A DNA stretch of 64,000 bases from Marinoscillum sp. MHG1-6. Its GTDB lineage: Bacteria > Bacteroidota > Bacteroidia > Cytophagales > Cyclobacteriaceae. The stretch spans positions 63,498 through 127,497 of the forward strand of contig NZ_JAMZMI010000007.1 in assembly GCF_024714475.1 (NCBI RefSeq), written 5' to 3'. Below, in pieces: positions 9,487 through 22,060 of this stretch (position 1 is its first letter; each line of letters opens with the position of its first letter). Below the pieces are notes generated by a model. The model made no database searches, was not told the DNA's origin, and saw only the letters and a list, made by a program, of their open reading frames with translations. The position numbers and the translations under genes were made by a program.

Positions 9487-12400
9487 TTAATCCTTTATCA
9501 ATTTTCCTGCCACCTTGAGTGAAGCTCCATTATCTATCACAAGCATAAAAATACCCGGATTAAAATCTGACAGGTCATAGCTATTTTCCGCATTGGCCAT
9601 GAACTGCCTTAGAATCTTACCGTTCATATCAATGATCATTAACTTTTTAATTTCAGAACCATGGCCATTTAATGAAAATGTAGTGAAAACAGGGTTTGGA
9701 TAAATTGAAATATTCGATTCAGCGATCATGTCCAGCACTTCTTCCGCTGATACTTCAATAGTTAAAGTTCCATTCACATAGCTGAACTTATAGTTATTAT
9801 CATATCCACCACTCACCTCAATATCAAATACTCCATCAGTTTCAGTAGAAGTCACCGATGTAGAGGTTACCGGAAGTTCATCAATTACCAGCGCATCATC
9901 ATCATGAACAAAACCTTCTATTGTGATTAGCAACTCAGGAAACGAATCCCCCTGACCAACCGTCACATCACTGGCAGTAACCGTCAATAAGGCTTTATCT
10001 ACTACAATATCCTGTACCGATCGAACTGGGGCAAATTGATCGTTTCCTTCCTGGTTAACAATAATAGCCGCCGATCCTGCTCCTTTAATTGTAGCTGTAT
10101 CACCACCTATGGCAATGATACTTTCATCGGTACTGCTAAATACCAGCGGCAATCCTGAGGAGCTTGAAGCAGAAAGCACAAATGAACCATTACCATAAAC
10201 CTGATCACTGAGGGAATCAAATGTAATCTGTTGAGGCCTTATTGAAATATCTCTCACTGCGCCCAGATATTCCGTACCAGGAATTCCTGCCAAATCTCTA
10301 AACTCACCAGCAACAAACAGAGTATCACCCATCAATTCGAAATCTCTAGCAGGATTGTAATAAGAGCTAGTAGAACCACCTCTCCAGGAAGAGAGTAACA
10401 AGGAGTCCTTATCAAATCTCACTGCATTACCGGTATATTGGTTGTTCATATGGCTAAACACCCCGCCAACATACAGATGACCTCCCAAAGCTTCAACTTT
10501 ATACACATAACTTTTCGGTTTCGGGCTCCAGCCTGTCAAAGTATCCCTAGAAAGGTCAAATGAAGACAAATAAGTACGTGCCTCTCCACCTATCTGGGAA
10601 TAAGCTCCACCAACAAATACCATATCATCTCTTACCGAGAGATCAAACACAACATTATTTGGAGATATATTCCATCCCAGCAATGCCCCATTAGCGCGGT
10701 TTAGCATCGCCAAATAGTTACGACTTTCACCATCAATTTGATTAAAATATCCTCCTATCATCAACGAATCTCCTTTGGCTCCAATGGTCAATACCGTAGA
10801 GTTAATATTGCTTGAAAGTGAATTAAGTCCTCCGTCTACAGCGTTAAAGGAAGCCAGAAATCGGCGCTCATTACCATCAATCTGTGTAAATCCACCTCCA
10901 ACATAAAGTTGGTCATCAACCAGATGCATGGCTTCAACATTAGAATTTATTTGCGGACTCCATTCCAACAAATTCCCTGTTGAAGTATCAAATGAAGCGA
11001 TATTATTCCTTGATTGCCCGTCTATGGAGACAAAAGACCCTCCGACGTATAGTTGATCATTAGCCAAAACCATTTGTTTCACGATTCCCGAAACGGCAGG
11101 CTCCCAATCTATTAATTCCCTTGTTACGAGATCAATTGCTGCCAGTCCACTTTTGGACACTCCTCCTATGTTAATAAAAATTCCTCCAACAAAAACATCC
11201 TCAACTCCAGACTCCAATACAGTTGGAGCATAACTTGGTGATGGATTCCATGCTAATAACGTATCCTCAATCAAATCAAAAGAGGCCAAATACCTCCGCT
11301 GTTCATTGCGAGCATAGTTAAACCATCCACCAACATAAAGGGTGTCATTAGCTACTTCAATTTTATATGCCGAACTATTTAATTGGAAATCCCGGTCTGT
11401 AAGTTCACCCGTTTCAGTATTTATTTCTACAAGACCTGTCCGGTTCTGTCCCTCATAACTATAGATATCACCCGCCACATACAAAAGATCATTATGGACT
11501 TCAAGATCTCTGACTGAGTATATAGTCCCTATTGGACTATAGGCATTAAGCGTACTATCCTGGATTGAAATTGAAGCCAGTCGATTCCTTGGCTCCCCAT
11601 TAATAGCCGAAAACTGGCCGCCCAGATATACTTGATTCCCTGCCACAGCAATGGTGTTAATATTCCCATTGGCCTCTGGGGCCCAGTCCGTTAATTCATC
11701 GGAATTTAAATTATAAGAAGCCGCACGCAATCGGTCGGCTGAATTCACCTTTGTAAAATTGCCACCCAGGTATAAAGTGTCTCCATCGATTTCCATATCA
11801 TTGATCACACCATTAGTTTCAATTGACGTAGGGACAAAATCACCCTCAACAAGATCAAGTGCCATGAAGTTATTTGCACTTTTCCCTCCTATATAATTAA
11901 ATGATCCTCCAACGAATATTTTATTACCCAAACCGGTAATTGTATAAATCGATGAACTAGCTGATGGATTCCATTTTGTGAGTTCTTCATTTCCATTAAA
12001 TGCAGCTCCTCGACCTCGATTTATTCCAGATACCTGAGTAAAATCACCCCCGATATATAAATCACTGTCTTGGAAATCAATTGCTCTCACTCGATTATCA
12101 ATCTCAGGATTCCATGGTAATAGCAGATTATCTCCCAAGTCAATAGCAGCCAAGTGGTTTTGTGCAATACCTGCAATTTGAGAAAAATATCCACCTACTA
12201 TTAAACTGTCATTCTTGATGGCCACTTTTTCAACACTGCCACTAACAGGAAAATCAAGCGAATTCAATTGGCCTGTCAAGAGGTCAAACCCCGCCAACCT
12301 CGACCTGGCAGTTCCATTCGCATCCGTGAAAGACCCGCCTACAATCAGTTGATCCTCCCAAATAACCCCTGAGGTAACAGTATTATTTAATGCCGGATTC

Positions 12401-15400
12401 CAATCGCTGATGTTTCCGGTGGACAAATTCACAGAAAAGAGTCTCCCTCTAGGTTCCTGCCCGACGAAAGAGAAACCTCCTCCAACAAACAAGCTATCTG
12501 CTGATCTCAAAATAGATGTGACTACTCCATTCGTAGGGACATCCCAGTCGGTAACTTGTTTTTCAACCAAATCGTATGCGAATAAATTTGATCTGGAAAC
12601 ACCACCAACCGAACTGAATTGCCCACCAACATATATTTCCTCCCCTATTGAGCTGACTGTTAATACTCTTTGATTCATGCATGGATCCCATGGAAGTAAT
12701 GAATAATCCGAAAGCTTTAAGGCAGAAGCATAATTTCTAGATTTGCCACCGAAAACAGTATAATCTCCTCCGGTATATAAAGTATCATTTTTAACAAACA
12801 TGTCTCTGACTATACCGCTTGGTGAAGGATTAAAAGTGGTGATATTATCTGTTGTCAGGTCAATTTCAGCCATGTAGTTTCGCGACATGCTATTTAACTC
12901 CGTGAAAGCCCCACTGATAAAAAGTGAGTTGGCCGAACTTTCCAGCTTAAGAACATAATTGTTCGCATCGAAAACCCAGTCTTCCAGAGTTTTTGATGCA
13001 CGATCAAAGGATGCCATTCGACTTCTACTAAGCCCATCAACTTCCGTGAAATAACCGCCTACAAATATCCGATCAAATGTTGTTTCAATATCCATAATCT
13101 GGCTACTTACCTGTGGTGCCCAACCGGAAATATCCATTGATGGCAGGTTAAAACTGGCCAGATAAGATCGGTTTTCATTGGCAATCGAAGTAAAATTCCC
13201 GCCAATCAAGAGCTCCTCATTTGTAATTTCAAGGTCATTAACAATTTGATTTGGGTTAGGCCGCCATCCTGATAGAACCATGGAATCACCCATATCATAA
13301 GCTATAAGGTTTTGGTAGTAAGTTGCCCCAACTACAGAAAAGGAGCCACCCAACATCAAGTCATCACCTGTTTTATCAATACATAATACCTGACCATTTG
13401 TGGTTGTAATAGCTGATAAAATCGAGCTATTTTTTAGATCAATACTGGCTATTCCCCTTCTCTCTTCACCATCAGCTGTAGTAAAGGTTCCTCCAACAAA
13501 AAGCGTGTCATTAGAAATGTCAAAGGCGTTTATTGTGTTATTGAATGGAATATCCTCCCCAATCAGGTTACCCGACTTTAAGTCAAACATTGCGAATCGA
13601 CTTCTGGGTTGGCCGGACACCTGACTGAATGATCCTCCAATAATTAGACTATCACCTTTAAGCTCCATCGCTTCAACGACAGAATTTACAACCGGATTCC
13701 AGGACAACAGGGTGCCAGACGAGTCATTCACGGCAGCTAGATGCGCGCGTGATGAACCCGCCAGATTTGTAAAATACCCTCCTAAAAAAACGGTGTCAGA
13801 TTTGAGTACAAACGACTCAACACGATCATAGTAAGAATAATAACCAGAAGTAATTTGGGGATCCCATGGAAGGACATTCCCGGTTTGTATATCAAGGGCC
13901 GCGGCTCGATTGTGGCTTATTCCATTAACCAGGCTGAAATAGCCTCCAATGTACAACCGATCATTATTGATGGCCATTGAAAAAACCGTGCTATTTGTTA
14001 TGGGCGACCAGTTGCTGATTTCTCCCTTTGATAGGTCATATTTTGCCAAATTAGACCGTACAAATCCTCCTATTTGCGAAAAATCTCCTCCGGAGAAAAC
14101 AACGGTATCAGAGACTTCCAGGCAATTGACAGTTCCGTTGACCCCAGGATCCCAATCTAAAAGTTGTTTTGTCGATAAGTCAAAGGAAGCGAGACGTGCC
14201 CTGGATTCACCATCAATGTCCAAAAATTCACCTCCCAAATACAGTGTATCATTTTGATATGCCATTGTTTGAATGGCTCCGGAAATTGATGGAGTCCATG
14301 GATCACGGTTTTTTGTGGTAAGATCAAATACTGCCAGACCGCCGCTTGTAGCCCCATCAATATTGGCATAATGACCACCTAGTACCAATTGATCCGGAGT
14401 GGTTATTATCGCATTGACCGAGCCATCGGGGTTCGGAGCAAAAGAAGTAACCGCACCATCCGAGGCCTGCACCTCTGCAAAGTGACTACGTGATTGCCCT
14501 CCCACTTCGGTAAAATCACCGCCTAAATGCACCATGCCATTTTCCAAGTTAATGGCTTTGACCGACGCATTCGGAAGTGGGTTCCAGGAGGTCACTGACA
14601 GTTCATTTAGATCCATTTGAGCCACATATGGTCTCGATTGCCCCTGAAACTGAGTGAAATCACCACCAATATACAAATGACTATCATCTCGATGCAGCGT
14701 TTTTACAACTTGATCTGTACTGAGGTCTATATCTAAAACGGTAGATGTTGTCGTATCTATGGCGATAAGATACTTTTTCTGGCTTCCACCTATTTGGTTA
14801 AATGCTCCCCCTACAAAAATTACAGAGTCATTGGCGCTTACACTGAGTACCTCTCCATTGGCACCGGGACTCCAATCGTTTAAGGTCTCATTCATTAAAT
14901 CATATTCAGCCAATTTTGATCTGCCAATACCATTGATTGAATTGAAGTCTCCTCCTAGATACAGGTAATTATCTTGCAAAGAGAAAGAATTAATCGGACC
15001 ATTAGCATTTATCAAAAGATCACTTAAGTCTCCGGTTTGCCTATTAAAAGCAGCAAAATTTCCACGTGACATTAAATTGACCTGTGTGAATTCACCCCCA
15101 ACAAAAATGGTATCATTACGTGACTGAATGGCATGGATACCACCATCCAACTGAGGGGCCCAATCGGTGAGAGTGCCTGTAGATATATCTATTGAAGCTA
15201 AATTAGACTTTGATGACCCTCCAATGGCTGTGAACTCACCGCCAACATATAAAAGGTTATTATCCAAAAACAACGAATTCACCCGGGTACCGTAGTTACT
15301 TGAGATTTGAGGTAAGCCTCCGACCGTAGCCCCAGAGTTGCGGTTCAATGCTGCAAAATTGCCAACATTTTGCCCATTTACAGTGGTAAATATCCCGCCA

Positions 15401-18400
15401 ATAAAAAGCGTATCTCCTTTGACCTCTAATGCCTGAACAGTATTATTCACAACAGGCTCCCATTTAATAAACCTTCCTGTTGAAGTATCCAGGGCAGCCA
15501 GTTTGTGATAATAAAATACACCTGTCGTATTGAAATTTCCACCTACAAAATATTGGTTTTGTAAGCTTTCAATGGTCAAGACGTTATTTGAAAAAGATGG
15601 ATTCCAATCCAATAATTTGCCATCACGAGCATCAAATGCCCCGGCATTTTTTCGACTTGATCCAGCTAAAAATGAAAAATATCCTCCAACAAAGAGGGTG
15701 TCGTTTTTTATATGCAAATCATACACTGATCCATTTGATCCTTTATCCCAATCGGTCAATGATCCGGTAGACAAATCAAACTGAGCAATTCTTTCTCTGG
15801 ACGAACCGTCTACCACATTAAACTGTCCACCAATAAACAGGCTATTTCCCCATTTTTGCAGACTGTGAACATAGGAATTAACATCGGGAGACCAGTCAAT
15901 CAGGGTAGCAGTAGGTGCATCAATTGCTGCCAGGTTATATCTTGTTTGTCCTTGGAGGCTCGAAAAATATCCACCTACATAAAGTGTATCTCCGGAAAGA
16001 AGCATGCTTCTTACCTGACTTCCATTAAAATTAGCATTCCAATCATTCAATGCTCCTGTTTGACCGTTTATCGACGCTAAACTCCTCCTATATTCCCCTC
16101 CCACATATGAAAAGGACCCACCTATGTAGATATCATTATTTTTATGTTCTATTTCCCAAACCTCACCTTGTGGCATTGGAAACCAGTCATGAAATTCTTC
16201 GTTGACCAAATCATATGAAGCAACAAATTGAGTCCGCTTTCCTCCTATAGCTCTAAAACTTCCACCAACGAATACCAGGTTCCCACTCGCCTGAATAGTA
16301 TTAACCTTATCAGAAGCTCCTGGATTCCAACTTGAAAGCAAACCTGATGAAGGATCAAATCGAGCAAGGCCCTCTCGTTTGCTACCATCAATTTCAGTGA
16401 ATGATCCACCCACCCATATTGGTCCATCGACATCCAGCGTCAACACTGGATGATCAACAATGGGAGCCCAATCAGTGGAGATAGCGGTTCCTAAATCAAT
16501 TTTTGCCAGGTTGGTATGTGTATTGCTTCCTATTTGTGAGAAACTACCTCCGACTACCAGCGTCCCTGCCAGAGTATCCAAGGAATAGATAGTCCCCGAA
16601 ACATTTGGATCCCATGAAGTAACGTTCCCTGAGGCACCATCAATAGCTGCCAGTCGATTCCGTAGATTACCAGCCACCTCCGTAAATGAGCCCCCAATAT
16701 AAACGTTGGATCCATCATAGATAATATCATTAACACGCCCATTTGCTTCCGGAAAATTTTGAACAATTCCTGTTAGGGCATTAACCGCTGTCAAGTTTGA
16801 GACACTATCTACCCCAACTCTTTTGAAATCTCCGCCGATCAAAACATTGCTATTATCCAGCGTAATACTGTAACCGGTGGCATCCATCGCGGGATCCCAA
16901 TCCGAAATGATATTGGAAGTGACATCTATGGAGAAGGCATTACTTCTAGTCTTTAAATTAATTCTATTGGAATAAGCACTAAATATACTCACCGAGGATC
17001 CATCAACATACATACGATTAGCTGAACTTAGTCCGGGATTCCAATCAGTTGCTAACTGAGTTGTTCGATCAATGACGGCCACGATATTTCGACTGCTGCC
17101 TGCAACATATCCGAACCCTCCGCGGACATAAAGAAGGTTTCCACTGGCATATAATTCGCTTACTGCGCCATTAACTCCGGGATTAAAATCATTCAGATTG
17201 CCCGTATTGGCATCGAATGCGGCTATATACTTTCTTTCCTGCCCATCAATAAAACTGAAGTGTCCCCCCGCAAATAAGGTATCCCCGGAAATCGTAAGGT
17301 CATTTACGGAAGAATTTGGATTTGGTGCCCAGTCCAGGACTGAATTGTCCGACAAACGAAGTCCCCCCAATCTGTATCGATATTGACCCGCTAAACTTGA
17401 AAATTGGCCACCAATATACAAGGTATCACCTTTAAAGGCCATGGTAAAAACGTATTGATTCAAGGCCATATTCCATGATTCATCCAACTGCCCATCAGAA
17501 AGGTTAAACCTGGACAGATAAGGTATGGATTGGCCGGCAATAGCACTATATGAGCCCGCAACGTAGAGGTATCCATTATTAATCACAAATTCATTCACCG
17601 ATCCGCTAATGGATGGATTCCAACTCAATAATTGACCGGTATTTGCATCTAATGCCAAAAGGCCAGTTTTGGATACTCCATTTACCTTATTGAAGGATCC
17701 GGCCACAAAAACAGTATCCCCACTGACTATAAGATCAGTAATTTGTCCATCTGTATCAAAGACCCAATTTTGTTGAGGAGTACCGTTCGCAGAAATTTTT
17801 ATAATGTCATTGGAATTTGAGCTCCCGCTGATGAGAATATCTCGTCCTCCTAAAAACCAAGAACCGTCCGGCCCTTTAACAGCGTCTTGTATGTATCCTG
17901 AGGTAATTGAGCCAAATAGATTGGTTAAAGAGCCATTGTTATAATTAATTGCAGGCCCCACCGCCGCCGATTCGCTATCCTGAATGTACCTAAAGGAACC
18001 GGTGACATAAAGCGTATTGCCGGAAAGTGCCAAATCATATACTGTACCATCGATAGTCGTTGAACGAAAAAAACCGGTCTGATTTCCCTGGGCATCAATA
18101 TGTGCTAACCTAGCTGAGCCATATGAGGAGGAATAAAAACTGCCTCCTATATACCATCCTCCATTGCCATCAGGTATGGTTGCATTGATGTCACCATTGA
18201 TTTTAAACGGTGACTGAATTGGAATACCTGTATCCGGATCAATTAATGCCCCATTACTGTCAGGAAATGTCAAGGAATCTCCGGAAAAATTGAAATTACC
18301 TCCTATCAATAGACTGTCTCCTTTCAAGGCTAGGGTATACACTCCACCGCCTAGTGGCGTGTTATCAAATAGTTCGCTTACCTCTCCATTGGAGTTGATA

Positions 18401-20681
18401 TGCGCTAGACCATCTCTTGAAACACCTCCTACATTGCTGAACTGCCCACCGATGAAAATCCCCCCATTGCCATCCTCAATGGCATCCCAAACCGAGCCAT
18501 TAACCTTTGGAAATGATTTATCAATTAGACCGATCCCATCAATCTTTGTTCCATAAGTCCCTGACAAACCATTCTGATTATCTGTATAGGTAAAAGAGCC
18601 TCCTATGTAAAGCAGACTATCCTGAAGTGCCAGCGACTCAACAGACCCATTAAGTGATTCCCCATCTAAAAACTGCTTCACGTTACCATAAGCATCGATA
18701 CGTGCCACTTTGTATGTGGTGGCAGAACCAATTCGAGAGAAATCCCCGGCCAAGTACCACCCTCCTTTTCCATCATCGATAACCTCCCTTACCGTGCCAC
18801 TTACTCGTGGAAAGGCTAAGTCCGGAAGTCCATTCTTATCTATTTTGGCTCCATTTGAACTTGTTAGAGCTCCTTGTGTATCGTTAATATTGAATGCTCC
18901 CCCGACATACAACGTTGATCCATCAAGCGCCAGGGCATTTACATCATTATTTAAATATTGACCCTCAAAAAAATCAGTTACTCGTCCCTCGCTATCGATA
19001 TGTGCAAGTTTATTTCGATACTGGTTACCAACATAACCGAATCTCCCCCCCATAAACCAGCCACCATTGCCATCAGAAATCACCGCATTAACCGAATTAT
19101 TGCTCTTAGGATATGTTGGCATTGATAATCCAGAGCGAGTTGAAATTATTCCCGATCGAGTGTTTGTAGTTGCATTAGTTGCATCAGCAATGTTAAAACT
19201 GCCTCCAATATACAAGTCTTGATCCTGCAAAATCAGGCTATTCACCTGACCTGAAAAATTCACATCACTCATGAAATCAGTCACATTACCCTCCGCATCA
19301 ACATGTGCAATACCACGTTGGTTAGTATTTCCCACCTTATTGAAACTTCCTCCCAGATACCATCCTCCATTTTTGTCTGAAACTATTGAATTTACATTAC
19401 CACTCACTTTTGGGAAACCTTTATCCACTTCAAATGAATCATTCAACCGTACAACACGAGAATCTCGGTAGGTCCCAAGAGTATCTTGAAAATTGAAGTT
19501 CCCGGCGATCACCAACGTATCATTATACAATTGGATATCGTTTACACTTCCATATCCAAGATTGAAATCATTAAGCATTGCTGTAACCTTACCGGTTGAA
19601 TCTACATGAGCAACATCAACTACGGGAACTGCATTAACATATGAAAAATCACCTCCAAGGATTTGGCCTCCCTTATTATCATCAATAATTTTATTAACTG
19701 TTCCATAGACAATTGGAGTTTCAGGTAGTAAAAGCCCATGATTATCCCACCCAGCAACCCCTCTTCGATCGTACTTCTCTTCACCTACATTTTTAAAACT
19801 ACCTCCCACATATAGCATATCGCCAACAACCTCCAAACTATTAATTGCCCCATCAATATTAAGTCCTACTACCTCATTTTTTATTTCTCCAAATTCATCT
19901 AGATAAACAATTTTATTAATCGATGAATCACTTACTGAAGTGAATGAACCTCCAACATATAAACCGCCCTTCTCATCCTTTTTCGACACTTGTACGGTTG
20001 AGTTAAACATCGGAGTCTCAGGGAGATATTCTCCCTTTAAAGGATCCAAAAAAGCGCCTCTTGTATTTTCTAAAGGATTTACTGATGAAAAGGAACCTCC
20101 CAAGTATAAAATACTATCTCCATTCATCTGCATTGAAGTTACACTCCCTATTATTTTTGTATCGGCAGCCCAGTCTGTCACCATTCCATTTTCATCAATG
20201 TGACCAATGCCACTTCTCGTGGAGTCCCCCAGGATCGAAAACCCTCCGGCCAGATAATATCCGCCATAGCCATCCGGGGAAGCAGCGTTGACAGCATAAT
20301 TCGGATAAGGATATATCAGAGGAACCTGACCCTCCTCTTTGCTGACAGGGACTCCATATTGACCAAATCTCCCGGCCTTTGCAAAACTTCCTCCAAGGTA
20401 TAGCAGGTGATTGACGGAGTCATGAACCATTGAGAACACTGGTCCTGATACAGAAGGAAGATGCTTTTCCAACACCTGAGCAGTATTTTCATCAACCTCT
20501 CCATTGCAGTTGTTATCTACTCCATCCAATATTTCGGGAGCACCTGGAAAAATCGCAGCACTTGAATCATTACAATCCAATGCAGCATCTACACCATCGC
20601 GATCGAAATCCTGAGATCTGACGGTGTAAATTGATAAGATCAAACTCAATAGAAATAGCGGTAGAATATGAGGTTTCATGG
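9487..20681 (-). CDS. Giant (~3730 aa) T9SS-secreted repeat protein: signal peptide, MopE-like Cys/Asp motif, dozens of delta-60-like beta-propeller repeats, Ig-like domains, Por/T9SS C-terminal sorting domain
   Basis: Single uninterrupted ORF. Start placed at MKPHILPLFLL (signal peptide). Repeat unit LYVGGxFtxvxGxxRxxLAxxDxxTGxLxxWNPxxNGxVxxLxxxGDt repeats throughout. C-terminus contains IYPNPV...GIFMLVI...KLIK, typical of the T9SS C-terminal domain. Confidence 0.9.
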
Positions 20682-20743
20682 TAAGATAAGTTAAGCGGTA
20701 GAATATTATCAGCATAATAAAGGTATGGCTTAATCAATGTTAG

Positions 20744-20769
20744 TACAATACCTGTTTTCAGGTATTGTA
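20744..20769. promoter_or_regulatory. Perfect 11-bp inverted repeat (tacaatacctg-tttt-caggtattgta) 63-88 bp upstream of the giant gene start
   Basis: Read directly. No T-run on either side, so not a terminator. Candidate operator or 5' leader hairpin. Confidence 0.3.
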
Positions 20770-20904
20770 ACACCAATCTGATCGGCCTTAACCCCTCATT
20801 AAGTTCCAAATCGAAGATTCCCGAGGGGACGTGCGGCATGGTGGCGGGCAGGAGAAATACCTCTACCTATCCATTTTCCCTAACTTGGTAGTATCTTACA
20901 GCTA

Positions 20905-21084
20905 ATGAATCCAAATACATTAAAGAAGCTGAGTTATGTGGGCTTGACTATCGTGATGATTGTTAGCCTGTGGTATAGCTATAAAAGCTATTCTGAAGGT
21001 GACCCCAAGTATAACTTTGTCATTCTGGGCTTCGGTATTGCGATCCTCTTAGGGATCAACCTACTAAAGAAAAGAGAGTATTAG
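20905..21084 (+). CDS. Candidate small (59 aa) two-TM membrane protein, below the ORF-track length cutoff
   Basis: ATG...TAG ORF translating [59 protein letters not shown], with two hydrophobic helices. Overlaps the recR stop by 4 nt convergently. No homology support. Confidence 0.3.
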   Translation: MNPNTLKKLSYVGLTIVMIVSLWYSYKSYSEGDPKYNFVILGFGIAILLGINLLKKREY

Positions 21085-21692
21085 TCTGTCTCGAAGGCCG
21101 TTCTTGTAGCGATGCTACGACCAAGTGTCAGCTCATCTGCATATTCCAGCTCACCACCCACCGGTATTCCGCGAGCAATGGTAGTCACTTTAACTCCGGT
21201 TTCCTTCAGCATTTTAGTAATATAAAAAGCGGTGGTATCACCTTCCATGGTAGAACTAAGGGCTAGAATGATCTCCTTAACTTCTTCATTACTGGATTTT
21301 ACCCGTTCTACCAGCGAGTCTATTTTAACATTGTCAGGCCCAATACCATCAATAGGAGAAATGCGGCCACCCAACACATGGAAAAGCCCGGTGTATTGAC
21401 CTGTATTCCTGATAGCCAGCACATCAGGGGTATCTTCAACCACACAGATTGTAGACACATCACGAGACATTGTTTTGCAGGTGCAATCTTCTGTGTCTGC
21501 TATGATGTGACAGGTACGGCAGTACTTTATGTTTTTCCGAAGTTCGGTAAGTGATGAGGATAGGGAAGTTGAGGCCTCTTCTGGTTGCTTCAATAAATGT
21601 AATACCAGCCTTAGCGCCGTCTTTCTGCCAATCCCCGGAAGTTTGGCTATTTCTTCTACGGCCTTTTCGACCAACTTGGACGGATATTCCAT
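21081..21692 (-). CDS. recR: Recombination protein RecR
   Basis: HhH motif ([12 protein letters not shown]), C4 zinc finger ([16 protein letters not shown]), Toprim region. Confidence 0.9.
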   Translation of the reverse strand: MEYPSKLVEKAVEEIAKLPGIGRKTALRLVLHLLKQPEEASTSLSSSLTELRKNIKYCRTCHIIADTEDCTCKTMSRDVSTICVVEDTPDVLAIRNTGQYTGLFHVLGGRISPIDGIGPDNVKIDSLVERVKSSNEEVKEIILALSSTMEGDTTAFYITKMLKETGVKVTTIARGIPVGGELEYADELTLGRSIATRTAFETD

Positions 21693-21986
21693 CTATTCTA
21701 TTGTGGCTTTGATACCTGCATCGGTTATGCCGTCCTTCATCGGCTTCAGCTTATTAAAGGGGCCCTTTTTTACAGAACACCGACCCTTGTAATGAACAAT
21801 GTAAGTGCATTGCTCCGCCTGGTGGACATCGTGTTTACATACCTTGATCAGCGTATTGGTAACATGCTCGAAGGTATTGAAATCGTCATTATGAACTACC
21901 AGATCCTTAAATTCGTCGCTATCCTGGTCCTCCAGAACCTCAACAAGCTCTTCTATTTCGTAATCAAATTCCATAGTTGTGACCAT
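21693..21986 (-). CDS. clpS: ATP-dependent Clp protease adaptor ClpS
   Basis: LVVHNDDFNTFEHV...IVHYKG matches the ClpS core. Directly abuts the recR start. Confidence 0.8.
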   Translation of the reverse strand: MVTTMEFDYEIEELVEVLEDQDSDEFKDLVVHNDDFNTFEHVTNTLIKVCKHDVHQAEQCTYIVHYKGRCSVKKGPFNKLKPMKDGITDAGIKATIE

Positions 21987-22060
21987 CTTGCAAATTTAAT
22001 GCATGTGGATAACTTACAAGAATCTATATTGCAAACTTCGTTTCGTAAGCCCTTGATCAA

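Noticed and set aside
12410-20403. About 20 short plus-strand ORFs inside the giant gene (e.g. 12410-12673, 14759-14968, 15530-15784, 18290-18556), many with recurring PPT/KxPPT motifs
   Set aside because: They are the antisense reading of the GGxF/GGSF repeat codons of the minus-strand giant ORF. None has a start context or breaks the 11-kb frame, so they are shadow ORFs.
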